Shown: positions 44,366 through 54,187 of the stretch, piece after piece
How the letters are laid out: the number at the start of each line of letters is the position of its first letter
Position numbering within the stretch: the first letter of the stretch is position 1
Virus record (IMG/VR): IMGVR_UViG_3300038415_000126
Span: 1-64,000 of that record
Length of the DNA stretch: 64,000 nt
Strand: one strand, 5' to 3'
Source of the DNA: a virus
Notes under the pieces: generated by a model
What the model was told of the DNA's origin: nothing
Seen by the model: only the letters and a program-made list of their open reading frames with translations
Databases searched by the model: none
Program-made: the position numbers and the translations under genes

Positions 44366-45132
44366 TCATCCGATCTAAGCACACCCAGACCGAGACACAA
44401 CTTAGTCACGAGACTAGCATATTCTGGCCCACGAGGGAGGTCTCGGTTTACATAGACCCTTCTCCTCAAAGCCATACTCGTCTCGTTCTTCTTGGGGTTG
44501 AACCCGTTCTTCTCGAAGTTCTCCCAGTAAATCCCGCAACCCCGCTTTTGCCATGCAGGAACGTTATTGAAGTTGATCCCGTGCTTGTGCAAGAGCTCGT
44601 TCTTCTCACTGAAGGTCTTGCCCTCAAGAGCTTTCGTCGCTTCCAAGGCGCTCTTGCCCTTGCCTCGAAGCGTCCAGTAGCACCACCCATTGAGGCAGCA
44701 CCGGGAAGCATCCGACTGCCTCCATCTGAAGTAGTCGACCACGTCATCATTCGAAACCCCAACCCACACGCGACTATCAAAGTGAGCCGGATAACTCAGT
44801 TTGACTGAGAAAATAGAACTTGCCACGCCCGCGGACACCGAAACCAGCTTCTCGATCTCTCGACCGAATAAGTCGGTATCACGGGGTAAGAGAACGCTGA
44901 TCTCATCCGACTCCGTGAAGGCGTAGAGCCCACCCAGCTCGACTAGTAGGGCAAGAGCCGTCGCCACCATGTAGTCGTGGAACTTGTGGTCAAAGGGGTG
45001 CTCAAACACCTTGGTCAATCGAGTGAAGCTCCGTCCATCAACGCGAATAACCATCCAAGCACCGGGAAGGGCCGCCATCGAGTGGTAACACTCAAGTCGT
45101 CGCATCCTGTCTTCAAGGCTATCGGACTTCAT
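44362..45132 (-). CDS. thg1: tRNA(His) guanylyltransferase Thg1-like protein (3'-5' polymerase)
   Basis: IRVDGRSF, TESDEIS, FDSR, YFRWRQ.DA.R, KNELL...GINFN..P.WQKRG. Confidence 0.95.
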   Translation of the reverse strand: MKSDSLEDRMRRLECYHSMAALPGAWMVIRVDGRSFTRLTKVFEHPFDHKFHDYMVATALALLVELGGLYAFTESDEISVLLPRDTDLFGREIEKLVSVSAGVASSIFSVKLSYPAHFDSRVWVGVSNDDVVDYFRWRQSDASRCCLNGWCYWTLRGKGKSALEATKALEGKTFSEKNELLHKHGINFNNVPAWQKRGCGIYWENFEKNGFNPKKNETSMALRRRVYVNRDLPRGPEYASLVTKLCLGLGVLRSDE

Positions 45133-45569
45133 GCTGTCGCAGCTTTCTTCAATCGGTTCAGAGCCTGAACTTCATTCCTATCATAAAGGGCTGTTCTCCG
45201 GATACCAATCAACTCACGCTCCGGGGTCACCAAGACGAGGTTCAGGCAGGTCATGTGGTAGTAGATCGCAATGATCCCATGAGGGACCTTCTGCAGAGCT
45301 TCCAAGACCGTGTTGTTTGGGTCAGTGGGCCAGTTCTCATGGGTCCAAACTTCATCGGTCAGCTGCTCGTGATCCATGGTGGGGAACTCATCCGTTTCGA
45401 GTATCTCACCTGTAGGTGAGCGGAAGCGACGAGTTGGGAAGAGCCCCTGCTTGATAGCTTCTTCCTGCGGAACCTCCTTCAGTCGATGCCCTAGAAGCCT
45501 CTCATGGTCGCGCTCCGCGAGGTAGGGAACACCAATGCGCTTTGCTAAGTCTGCAACGAACTTGGACAT
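45129..45569 (-). CDS. Hypothetical protein
   Basis: Coupled to thg1. Confidence 0.65.
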   Translation of the reverse strand: MSKFVADLAKRIGVPYLAERDHERLLGHRLKEVPQEEAIKQGLFPTRRFRSPTGEILETDEFPTMDHEQLTDEVWTHENWPTDPNNTVLEALQKVPHGIIAIYYHMTCLNLVLVTPERELIGIRRTALYDRNEVQALNRLKKAATA

Positions 45570-45577
45570 GAGTTATC

Positions 45578-45829
45578 TCAACTTTGGAGAACCTCAGTCG
45601 GCTCTACCCTCAAGGAGACCAACTGGGGAGCACCATCTTCCAGGTGGCGTGTGAACTCATACTCCCGAGACGACCTAGGGTTCCTGAAATCAGCGGTATG
45701 CATAAATCCAGTGACCTCTAAACCTAACTTAGTACCACCAGCGATGGCGGCATCGTCCGCTGTTTGCGCTTCAACTACTAGTGTCTGACAATCGCTACGC
45801 CCTTTAGGCCCCGTAACCAAGAACATCAT
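45578..45829 (-). CDS. Hypothetical protein; paralog of 46544-46789
   Basis: MFLVTGP...TLVVEA versus MIFVVTGP...TILVEA. Confidence 0.65.
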   Translation of the reverse strand: MMFLVTGPKGRSDCQTLVVEAQTADDAAIAGGTKLGLEVTGFMHTADFRNPRSSREYEFTRHLEDGAPQLVSLRVEPTEVLQS

Positions 45830-46543
45830 GACTTCTTCTCCTCAACGGGCCAGATAATGTACGGACCTTGACCCGAGGTCTGAATTACGAACCATCCTGT
45901 CTCCGGATGATGAACTATCGCTGTTGGAACCCCATCACCAGACTCACTCTCAAAGAGTTGAACAGCTTCTGGTGGCGCCCCGGCATAGTCAGTTACAATG
46001 AAGGTCTCAAGCTCCCCAGCACTTGGTCGCCTCACGACTTCTGGTCATCGCCCACCGTGATCAGGTGAGTGACCTTCCCCGAGGAGTCATAGGGCCCGTC
46101 CGCAATCCGGACTGCTTCAGCCTTGCACTCATGATCATGAGACAAAGCCCGCGCCCAGCCCTCGGCCCCAGCATCATTGCCACGATACGTGTGAACCTCT
46201 TGTTTACCTGTATACTTGTCCCTGTATCGAATCTCGTAGCTCATGACTTCTTCTCCAACTTCTTGATCTTCTTCACTACCCGGTCATACCGCCTCTGAAG
46301 CTCCAACATGTCGTCCCAGGCCGCTTGATTTGCTGCCTCGCTCCCGAGGTCGTCCGTTGACTGAAGGGCCGCTACCCCATCGTGAAGCTGATCCCGTAAC
46401 GTCTGAAGCTCACCCAAGTCAGTGGGGAGATCCGTCCCCAGCTCAAGTGCTTCTTGCCCATCCTTCAACCGCCGCTTGTCTACTGCTGATGGCATACTTC
46501 ATTTGTGTCCGGTATGGCTACCAAATTCCCATTATTGTCAACC

Positions 46544-46789
46544 TTAATCAACCTTGCCGGCGTGATCTTGTAGTACTCGTAGCATTGGGTAACGTCTGTC
46601 GAGCGGATGTATTGGTAATCCCTCGTGGTCTCTGAAGTCATCTATCTGGGCGTGACCCCCTACCTCAACCCCGAGTGCAACTCCCGCACCAAGAGCGGCA
46701 GCATCACTGGTCGGCGCTTCGACGAGTATCGTCCGTTGTTCCTTCGAGTTAGTGGGCCCGGTCACTACGAATATCATGGCGACAGCCAT
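46544..46789 (-). CDS. Hypothetical protein; paralog of 45578-45829
   Basis: Shared N-terminal motif. Confidence 0.65.
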   Translation of the reverse strand: MAVAMIFVVTGPTNSKEQRTILVEAPTSDAAALGAGVALGVEVGGHAQIDDFRDHEGLPIHPLDRRYPMLRVLQDHAGKVD

Positions 46790-47334
46790 ACCAGAAAGAG
46801 TTGCAATAAGTCAAGCTGGACAAGGGCCCGAATTGCGTGCTACTCTGATACTCATGCCCAATGTAACACTAGAATTGACCGAAAGTGAGGCTCGAATCGT
46901 CGTGAGGGCCCTGGATATTGCGGTATCTTACATCAACAGTGGAGAGCCGTTCGATGGCATACTTGAGGAGTTTGATCTCACGCCTGAGGAGACCGAAGCC
47001 TTTCGAACCAAGATGCAAGCCCGAAAGGACGCCTTCGATCGACGACTCAGTGCTATGCCAGGTTATGGTGAGGTTACCAATGAGCCCATCGATTGGCCCC
47101 CAACCGACGAGGCCATCATCGAGTTCGTGTCCGGAGTCATTGAACAGCAACTACCCCAAGGTTGAGTATGCGCGAGGTCAAGGTCTAGTCGGAGGCGAAC
47201 CTTGACCCCATTATCGGGCCAGAGCTCTTCCGGTGTTCCTACTGGGTTGTTCGGTCTTGGAATCTCCAAAGCTCGGGTCCGAACCGCTCACCCAGTTACA
47301 CCAGAGATAATCCACAAACCCATGAAAGGGCCAC

Positions 47335-47751
47335 ATGCCCCTGAATCAAGAATCCCTGACCATTGAAGAGATCAACCTGATGCCCATGGAAGCTCTGACA
47401 CTCAGAGACTTGGTGAGCATGCAATCCACCAGACTCCCTTACTCGAACTACACATACCTGCAAGCCTCGTCAGGGTTCCCCAAAGAGGAACGTGAACGTG
47501 TCTTGACCAAGTTCGGTAACGAGAACGATGCCCGGTGGTACTGGATCTGGATCCGTCGAGGTCTCGACCCAGATAAAGCCATGCGCAAAGTATGCGCGGA
47601 CGACATCAATAACAAGCAACAGATTCTACGGACCAAGATCCTCATGAAGCGGAACAAGCGCAAGCAACCTAAATTCAAGCCCATCGAGGTATTGCCGGCC
47701 CACCCATCCTGTCACCAAAGACATCCAATCCACTCCTGTGGCCAAGAATAG
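47335..47751 (+). CDS. Hypothetical protein
   Basis: GAAAGG SD; RRGLDPDKAMRKV. Confidence 0.65.
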   Translation: MPLNQESLTIEEINLMPMEALTLRDLVSMQSTRLPYSNYTYLQASSGFPKEERERVLTKFGNENDARWYWIWIRRGLDPDKAMRKVCADDINNKQQILRTKILMKRNKRKQPKFKPIEVLPAHPSCHQRHPIHSCGQE

Positions 47752-47757
47752 GTCCCC

Positions 47758-48042
47758 ATGCCCCCTAAGACCAAACCACCCTGCGAGAGACGGAACCGCA
47801 CTGTAGCCATCCTCTTGACCGAGGGAGAGATGAACGATCTCGACCAGTTGGTCGCTGAACAGAATAGGGCCATCAGATCCCTCGGCATATCCAACGTCAT
47901 CACCAGGGCGAACTTCATTCGAAACCTGGTCCACAAGGAGATAGCCACGCTCCACGAACGTCCTCTACCAGAGCCAGAACCTGATCCGGCGCCCTCGGCC
48001 CCGAAACTGAGAAAAGAAGAAGTGATTCAGTTCGAGACCTAG
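47758..48042 (+). CDS. Ribbon-helix-helix (CopG/NikR-like) DNA-binding protein
   Basis: RTVAILLTEGEMNDLD...TRANFIRNLV. Confidence 0.65.
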   Translation: MPPKTKPPCERRNRTVAILLTEGEMNDLDQLVAEQNRAIRSLGISNVITRANFIRNLVHKEIATLHERPLPEPEPDPAPSAPKLRKEEVIQFET

Positions 48043-48075
48043 GCCACATACTTCATCTATGCTGTCCTAACTACT

Positions 48076-48762
48076 ATGAGCACTGATCCGATCATCAAGG
48101 AGCTGGTCGAACGCGCCGAGCACATGCCCTCCCAAGGGGAGAACTGGCCAGCCTTCATTGATGCCCTCCGAGAGTCTGACTACGATGTCACGGGCCCTAT
48201 CTATCAAGGGGGTCCTGGAAGCCTCACCAGAAGCATCTCAATCGCCCTCGGCCCTAAAAAGGACGAGAAGGTCAGTCTGACTCGGTTATTCCAAGAGTGG
48301 GATGATTACTACAAGCGCGACCAAGCCAAAAGGGTAAGGCAGCGCTACCTCGACTCGACCGTGGAAGTCATCTACCTCGACAAGAATGGTCGACTCAAGA
48401 AGCCTGAGCATATCCCCAAAGAGGATGCCCACACTCCGTGGAAGCCCGGTTGCCACATCCAAGAGGAGGGGGCCCATGTCGAAGGCCGAGGATGGGACAA
48501 CGACCAAGGAGCCACCTTCGTCCTGAAGACCACCCCGATTGGGACCGAGACGCCTACGGGAACCATTGTGGGTAAGCGCAAGCTGAGTGGGACCGTCCAG
48601 TACCTCATCAAGCCCCGTAGTGGCCCAGCTGAGAAGAAGTACCTCGCGCGCCTCGAACTCGAATCACTCCAAACTCAGCTCAGAATCAACCTGGACTACA
48701 TGAGCCCTGAGGACATCCAGAAGACCCACGAGAGAATCGAAGTGCTCAAGCACAAGGTGTGA
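48076..48762 (+). CDS. Hypothetical protein
   Basis: 228-aa ORF. Confidence 0.7.
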   Translation: MSTDPIIKELVERAEHMPSQGENWPAFIDALRESDYDVTGPIYQGGPGSLTRSISIALGPKKDEKVSLTRLFQEWDDYYKRDQAKRVRQRYLDSTVEVIYLDKNGRLKKPEHIPKEDAHTPWKPGCHIQEEGAHVEGRGWDNDQGATFVLKTTPIGTETPTGTIVGKRKLSGTVQYLIKPRSGPAEKKYLARLELESLQTQLRINLDYMSPEDIQKTHERIEVLKHKV

Positions 48763-49061
48763 GGTAGCTAGTATGAACAGCGAGAGGCCCGCTTCGCTTG
48801 CTTCTCGCCTCTTTCCTTGAGCAGTTTTGCTAGATAGGACGTGCAATCTTTGCCGTAACTCGGTTTGCTCTTGCTCTTTTGGAACCCCTGGACGCTCTGA
48901 AACTCCCTCATGAACTCATCAGGTTGAGCAATATAGCGACGCATCCACTCATTGAAGGCCCATTGCAGGTCACGAACGGTAAATATTGCGTCGGATACTG
49001 GGGTTGTTTTGATCCTGGGTACCTTCGGCGCAGCTGTCCTTTTCACGGTCATGGCTACCAC

Positions 49062-49595
49062 CTACACCGATGGAGAGGACGTGTCGAGGGGTAATCGATC
49101 AGCCTCCGTCAGCGCCGTCCCCTGAATCACTTCGGATAGATCAAGCCCGTCACTCGCCTTCAAGGCATCCTTGTACAACGTGAACATATCCTGAATTATT
49201 GACCTGATCTCGAAGAAAGGCCCGGAAAACTGCTCTTCTTCAGGCATAACACTGATGAGGTTTTCATGATCAATGATAAGATCCTTGATCCCCTCAAGTA
49301 CCCCACCCCACGACCAATCAAGGCTCTCAGTGTGGGTATCGACTAGCTTCCGATAGTAGTTGTACCGAGCCAAACTCGGCCGAACCATACTCTGAATTAG
49401 CTTCTCCCGCCCCTGCTTAGTGAACAAGTAGTCAGAGTAAATCTTCCTCTTGACTTTATCCCAATGATCAGATGACCCAGGTTGCTTTTGCTTAGCTATA
49501 GTCAGCTCGATGTACCACCAAATTCTATCCTCATTGGATATATTGCGAGGTTCGACAGGGCTCTCTACGGCTGATAGGGCGCTCTCAGTTGACAT
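49062..49595 (-). CDS. YxFxxxGRxxxxQSM family protein
   Basis: KRKIYSDYLFTKQGREKLIQSMVRP. Confidence 0.75.
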   Translation of the reverse strand: MSTESALSAVESPVEPRNISNEDRIWWYIELTIAKQKQPGSSDHWDKVKRKIYSDYLFTKQGREKLIQSMVRPSLARYNYYRKLVDTHTESLDWSWGGVLEGIKDLIIDHENLISVMPEEEQFSGPFFEIRSIIQDMFTLYKDALKASDGLDLSEVIQGTALTEADRLPLDTSSPSV

Positions 49596-49603
49596 AAAGC
49601 AAG

Positions 49604-50137
49604 CTACACCGGAGGTCCATCTTCGTCACTTGTCTGGGTCACCAGAAGCGGGGTCCCAACCCCAGGGATCTCCTCGTAAGGATCAAGCCCAGAAACCACT
49701 TCAATCACTTCCTCCAACAACGCGATTAGCCGTACCAAACCCGCCCGTACCTCGCATACAGCTGGAATGAACCGCTCACCGTCAGGGTAGATGCTGATGA
49801 AGTTCTCGTACTCGACAATCGCTTCTTGAAGGCCCTTCAACACCCGGTTCCAAGTCCAGTCTATCGGCTGAGCCCGGGTATCTAGGATCTCCCGGTAGTA
49901 CTTGTACCGTACCTGTACCGGCTGAATCATCGACTGCGCGAACTTGTTCCGCCCATCTCGATTGAACAAGTACGCTGAGTAGATCTCGCGCTTCTGATCC
50001 GCTGTGATGTGCGACGGCCCACCCTGCGAGATGACCCAGTTGATATACCACTTGATCCGAGCCCGTATGCCCGAGTCGTTGCAGTCGTCTTCTAGGGCCT
50101 CTATCTGCTTAAGATATCACTCGACAATGAGAGGCAT
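49604..50137 (-). pseudogene. Paralog of 49062-49595 and 38209-38802, interrupted by in-frame TGA at codon 7
   Basis: MPLIVE*YLKQI...RARIKWYI aligns with MAVDLEWYLDKL...RARVQWYL; TGA at 50119-50117 sits at the Trp position. Confidence 0.7.
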
Positions 50138-50145
50138 GGTCAACC

Positions 50146-50508
50146 TTATTCGAGTACAGTGGCGATGTCCCTGAGCAGCTCCTCACCCTTGGCCGTCAGC
50201 CACGAGCACCGGATAGTCGCCCCATGCTCGATGTAGTCTTGGTTGGTCGCCCACGACAGGAAGAACATCACCGGCAGGTCGTCATGGTTGGTAGTAGCCC
50301 ACGTGGACTGCCCAACATGGAGCCGAAACATCTCGACGATGTACCGAAGGATTGCATCCGAGTCCCCGCAGTCACATAGAGGTAAGACACCTTGCTTGAG
50401 GTAGGCAGCTCGGGTCGCCCAAGCTACTCCATTTTCATCGTAGAACCCGTCATCACGGTCATAGACCAGCTTCTCAAGCATGACTGCCCTCTTCATCCCA
50501 TGGCGCAT
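50146..50508 (-). CDS. Hypothetical protein (CxCG...EHG...WLT.KG)
   Basis: LCDCGD, IEHGATIRCSWLTAKG. Confidence 0.65.
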   Translation of the reverse strand: MRHGMKRAVMLEKLVYDRDDGFYDENGVAWATRAAYLKQGVLPLCDCGDSDAILRYIVEMFRLHVGQSTWATTNHDDLPVMFFLSWATNQDYIEHGATIRCSWLTAKGEELLRDIATVLE

Positions 50509-51301
50509 AGTCAGACATCAGGACCGTCACCCCATGGGCGCCACACTCAATCGACACAGACCAAGCCCCCTCCACGTCCCCAAGCGTTATCTCCGTGGCC
50601 CTTGGATACGCCACGTAGACCCGCCCTTCCCACCCAATAGCCACATAGTGATACCTCAGGCATTGATGCTCACAGGAACGATTAGGCGCCCGGATCTCGA
50701 ACCGATGAGTCCCACACTCCTCTTCAATAGGGAGTTCAGGCATCCGTTGGTTCATCTCCTCAAGATCTCTGAACCCATCAAACCGGCCCGAGAATACCCC
50801 ACACTCAGGATGCCCCTCGCCCGTGAAACTATCCCCACAATCCAGCTCCACGACAAGCCGACGAGGGTACTGAACCGGGTCAATGACGAACCTGCCCGCA
50901 AGTTGAATCAGCATTTACTTGATCCGTCCTATTACACCCCGACCACCAACCGTCGTGTGAGTCACCGTCTGGTCCCGGGCTATCTCCGGCGGCTGTGGCT
51001 CATCACAGAAAGGTGACGTCGCAAACGGATACTCCGGGACCGGGTCGTGAGTCGGCTGGGAGAGCTCCTCGGTGTCTTTCTCGTTGTCCATGGTCCAACT
51101 TACACCGAGGACCAGCCGTCTATCGGCTCCGTCACATACCGAACTACCTGATACACCCTCATCCGATACCCGCACTTGAGACACACCCAGGAACCCTTGA
51201 GGATAACCTCCTCCTCAGGTCTATTGGTCGGGTTCTTCCCACATTGTGGACACTTCGGATGCAAAGTGTTTGAGCAGCTCTGACGTGTATGCACTTGGAA
51301 C

Positions 51302-51811
51302 CTAGAACCGTGTCAATTGGAACTCACTCGGCGCCTGGTCCCGAGTCAGGTTCTCCTCACCCTCCGCCACGATGACAAACGTTTGCTGAGGTATCAAACG
51401 AGACGTGTGAACCGTCGCCCCCCAAATCTTGCCCTGTATCCCTTGTACCAAGGCTGAACTATCAGCTTCATGCTCGAAGATGTCATGACACAACTTGCGG
51501 AGATCCGCGCAATTGTAGGCGTTCACCCAAATGTCGGTTACCTTCTTGTCCATCCTGTTCTTATTGACGAACGCAATCGAGAGGATATCCCGTGTTAAAC
51601 AGGACGGTCGTTGAACCGCAAGCTCCACCTGTTCAACTGCCTCCAGCAATAGGTCGAAAGCCTTGTCACGAGCCGGATTGGCATGAACTTCTTGAGCTAC
51701 TTCATTGGCCAAAGCCAGAAACTTACCCCTGATCCTATTGATGACTACAACCTGCTCATCCGTCAGAGCATTCTTCGGACCCAAGTAATGCGACATCTCT
51801 AAGTACGGCAT
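51302..51811 (-). CDS. Putative Acb2/Tad1-like helical hairpin fused to a capsid-protein-like segment
   Basis: LTDEQ...NRIRGKFLALA..V.......A...L.EA.....AV, then IWVNAYNCADLRK...KIWGATVHTSRLIP. Confidence 0.45.
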   Translation of the reverse strand: MPYLEMSHYLGPKNALTDEQVVVINRIRGKFLALANEVAQEVHANPARDKAFDLLLEAVEQVELAVQRPSCLTRDILSIAFVNKNRMDKKVTDIWVNAYNCADLRKLCHDIFEHEADSSALVQGIQGKIWGATVHTSRLIPQQTFVIVAEGEENLTRDQAPSEFQLTRF

Positions 51812-52158
51812 ACAAACCCTTTCCAAACCACCTACACCGGGGATCAGAACCGTGTGGATACCCATGACCCACGATCCTCATCCGGGATCTCGATGTCACT
51901 CAAAAAAGTGCTTTCAGCGTCGGTGAAGAGGTTCTGTCCAGGAACCCCATACAACTGGTTGTATATCTCGGTGGCATGATCAAAGATCTTCCGCTCCTCA
52001 AGTGTCACCCCTTCTGAAGGTGTCTTTTTCTCCTTGGGCATCATCGCGAATAGCTGGTCAAAACAGGAGTACCACTCCAGAATCAACTTCGCTCGCTCTC
52101 GACCTAGTATTCTCGACCCCTGAGCTTGATTGTCCATACCACAAGTACACCGATGGGG

Positions 52159-52578
52159 TTAGATCACCGGATCCCGGTTGTATCTCGAAATCCGTACCCC
52201 AATATATCGTTCAGGCTCCGTAACTTGAACCGGCTCAACAGTATCCCCTGAATACCGAATAGTCACAACTGGCTCAAGCCGACTGGTTAGGTTTTCATAC
52301 CAACCCGTAGCCTCTGGAAATGTGACTTCAACAGAACAAGGCCCAAACCCACTCTCCATCGTGAACCCAAATCGATTGAACCCCGTGAGTCGAGTCCCAC
52401 CTATCCAAACTCGACCCACAGATCTTGGACTCCCGTCACTATAGCCATACTCACCCTCAAGTACCTGCATCACAACAACTAAGTCGTTCGGCCCCAACTC
52501 GTGATAACCCCCACGTAAGCCCCCACGCCCCTTGACCACAAACACTACGTCACTGTCATCCACTTCAATGGTAGGCAT
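52159..52578 (-). CDS. Hypothetical protein with C-terminal tag; paralog of 21655-22116
   Basis: Ends RISRYNRDPVI. Confidence 0.75.
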   Translation of the reverse strand: MPTIEVDDSDVVFVVKGRGGLRGGYHELGPNDLVVVMQVLEGEYGYSDGSPRSVGRVWIGGTRLTGFNRFGFTMESGFGPCSVEVTFPEATGWYENLTSRLEPVVTIRYSGDTVEPVQVTEPERYIGVRISRYNRDPVI

Positions 52579-52579
52579 G

Positions 52580-52903
52580 TCAGATCACCGGCGACCTATC
52601 GTATCGACTCACTCAATGGATTGATGGGACTACCTCAGGGCTTGAACCCGTAACCGAGTACCCGAGCTGACTCACTAACCCACTAGGCCATTGAAGGGTA
52701 ACTGTCCAAAGCTCAAGGTTACCGCGACCATAAACAACCTGAGTCGCTGCCACCATCATAGCTTGAAGATCTGACATACCAGGGTCAAGAGCAGAAAGTA
52801 TCGAGTTCCACAGGTCCTCTGTCTCTTGGACATCGAGACCAGTAATTCTAGTCACCCGTACAGGGTTACCACCTTCACTAGCTTTTAGTGTTACTTCAAT
52901 CAT
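52580..52903 (-). pseudogene. Tagged hypothetical protein whose tag is cut off by an in-frame TGA
   Basis: ...PSIH*VSRYDRSPVI*; TGA at 52615-52613 occupies the usual Arg of RVSRY. Confidence 0.7.
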
Positions 52904-53172
52904 ATTACCGGCTCCCGGTTGTACCGTGATACACGAATCATCGGCGTCCAGTCCAAACAATCGTCATGCGTGTTCGCCCGATACAACCGAATTACCGGGA
53001 CCTTATTGGGATCCCCTGGCTTCTTCCACTCCCAGAGGATACCAACCGAATGCCCACGAAGGCAAGTCCCCTCCCACCCAAAGTCAGGGGACCGCTCTAC
53101 CTCATCTCCAGTAGCCCCTCGACTCGGATACGTGGTCGGACACCACCGACAACCATCACAGGGGCGTGGCAT
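52900..53172 (-). CDS. Cys-rich paralog 1 with C-terminal tag
   Basis: PCDGCR..P.TYP..G; ends RVSRYNREPVI. Confidence 0.75.
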   Translation of the reverse strand: MPRPCDGCRWCPTTYPSRGATGDEVERSPDFGWEGTCLRGHSVGILWEWKKPGDPNKVPVIRLYRANTHDDCLDWTPMIRVSRYNREPVI

Positions 53173-53629
53173 CCGGGTCCGGCTCCCGTGTCCCCAACGA
53201 CCAAAGCGACACTATTCCCTCCAAGTACCACTCAACTTGATCCGCTGAGGCATCAATGATACCCAACCCACCCCTTCGAAACGGGCTTATAGTGATGTGA
53301 GCACAATACGAGGACACCTTCCCGCAGATCTCACGAAAACTCTCCTCAAACTGACTATCGACCGAGTCAATAGTCAGTACCGTCACATGAGTCGAGCGCT
53401 CACCAATGAACAACACATTGTGCAGTAGAAGACGCACATAGAGCTGCTCAGCTACCCAAAGGATCCGCTGATCATGGTCTTCATCCCAGATAACAGCGAA
53501 GTCGTGAAACTTCATCCGCGGAACCCAAACCAACGCCCGTAGAACAGAGTAATGCGCCCCCTTGCCAAAATGGTCCGCCGGAGAGGGTTCATCGTACACG
53601 GTACTAAAAAACTCAGAGTATCTGTTCAT
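53156..53629 (-). CDS. Hypothetical protein
   Basis: HDFAVIWDEDHD. Confidence 0.7.
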   Translation of the reverse strand: MNRYSEFFSTVYDEPSPADHFGKGAHYSVLRALVWVPRMKFHDFAVIWDEDHDQRILWVAEQLYVRLLLHNVLFIGERSTHVTVLTIDSVDSQFEESFREICGKVSSYCAHITISPFRRGGLGIIDASADQVEWYLEGIVSLWSLGTREPDPDATPL

Positions 53630-53660
53630 GTAGGTGAGGATCCGATATAACTAGGCGAAA

Positions 53661-54080
53661 TCAGGCCTGTATCAGAGCCTCATACGCTACTTGCTCGAAT
53701 AATGCAACACGGGCTCCCCGAGAGTCGATTAGGGATACCCCTGCCTTGAAACCCAGACGGTCTAGCTCCTGAACCAAGGACCAGGATGGGCCCACCACCT
53801 TGGAGAGCGCTTCCACTACCGACTCCGCTCGAACCCCATCAACCGTGTCCCCAGGCTCCCCTACGCCCGCCCCAGGTAGACTAGGAGCCAAGTCCCACCA
53901 CCATAGAGGGTCCCAGTCGTCGATGTGAGCATGGTCCTCAAACGAGGTCGTGATCATCCACGCATTCTTCGTCTCAACCTGCCCCTGCCCAACCCGATAG
54001 TTCACCCCTCCAGTAGGCCTGAGAATCAGTATGTTCGCTCGCTTGTTGATGTGATACCGAGGATCTTCGTTATGCCACAT
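53661..54080 (-). CDS. Hypothetical protein
   Basis: GGTGTA motif 10 nt upstream. Confidence 0.65.
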   Translation of the reverse strand: MWHNEDPRYHINKRANILILRPTGGVNYRVGQGQVETKNAWMITTSFEDHAHIDDWDPLWWWDLAPSLPGAGVGEPGDTVDGVRAESVVEALSKVVGPSWSLVQELDRLGFKAGVSLIDSRGARVALFEQVAYEALIQA

Positions 54081-54187
54081 GAGGAGGGACTACACCGTGG
54101 ATCGATTCTATGACCCAATCCCCCCATGGTGGAATAGATACAATCGGCCAGAACGTTAGTGTCAGTTTAGTGTATACTTTTGAAGCC

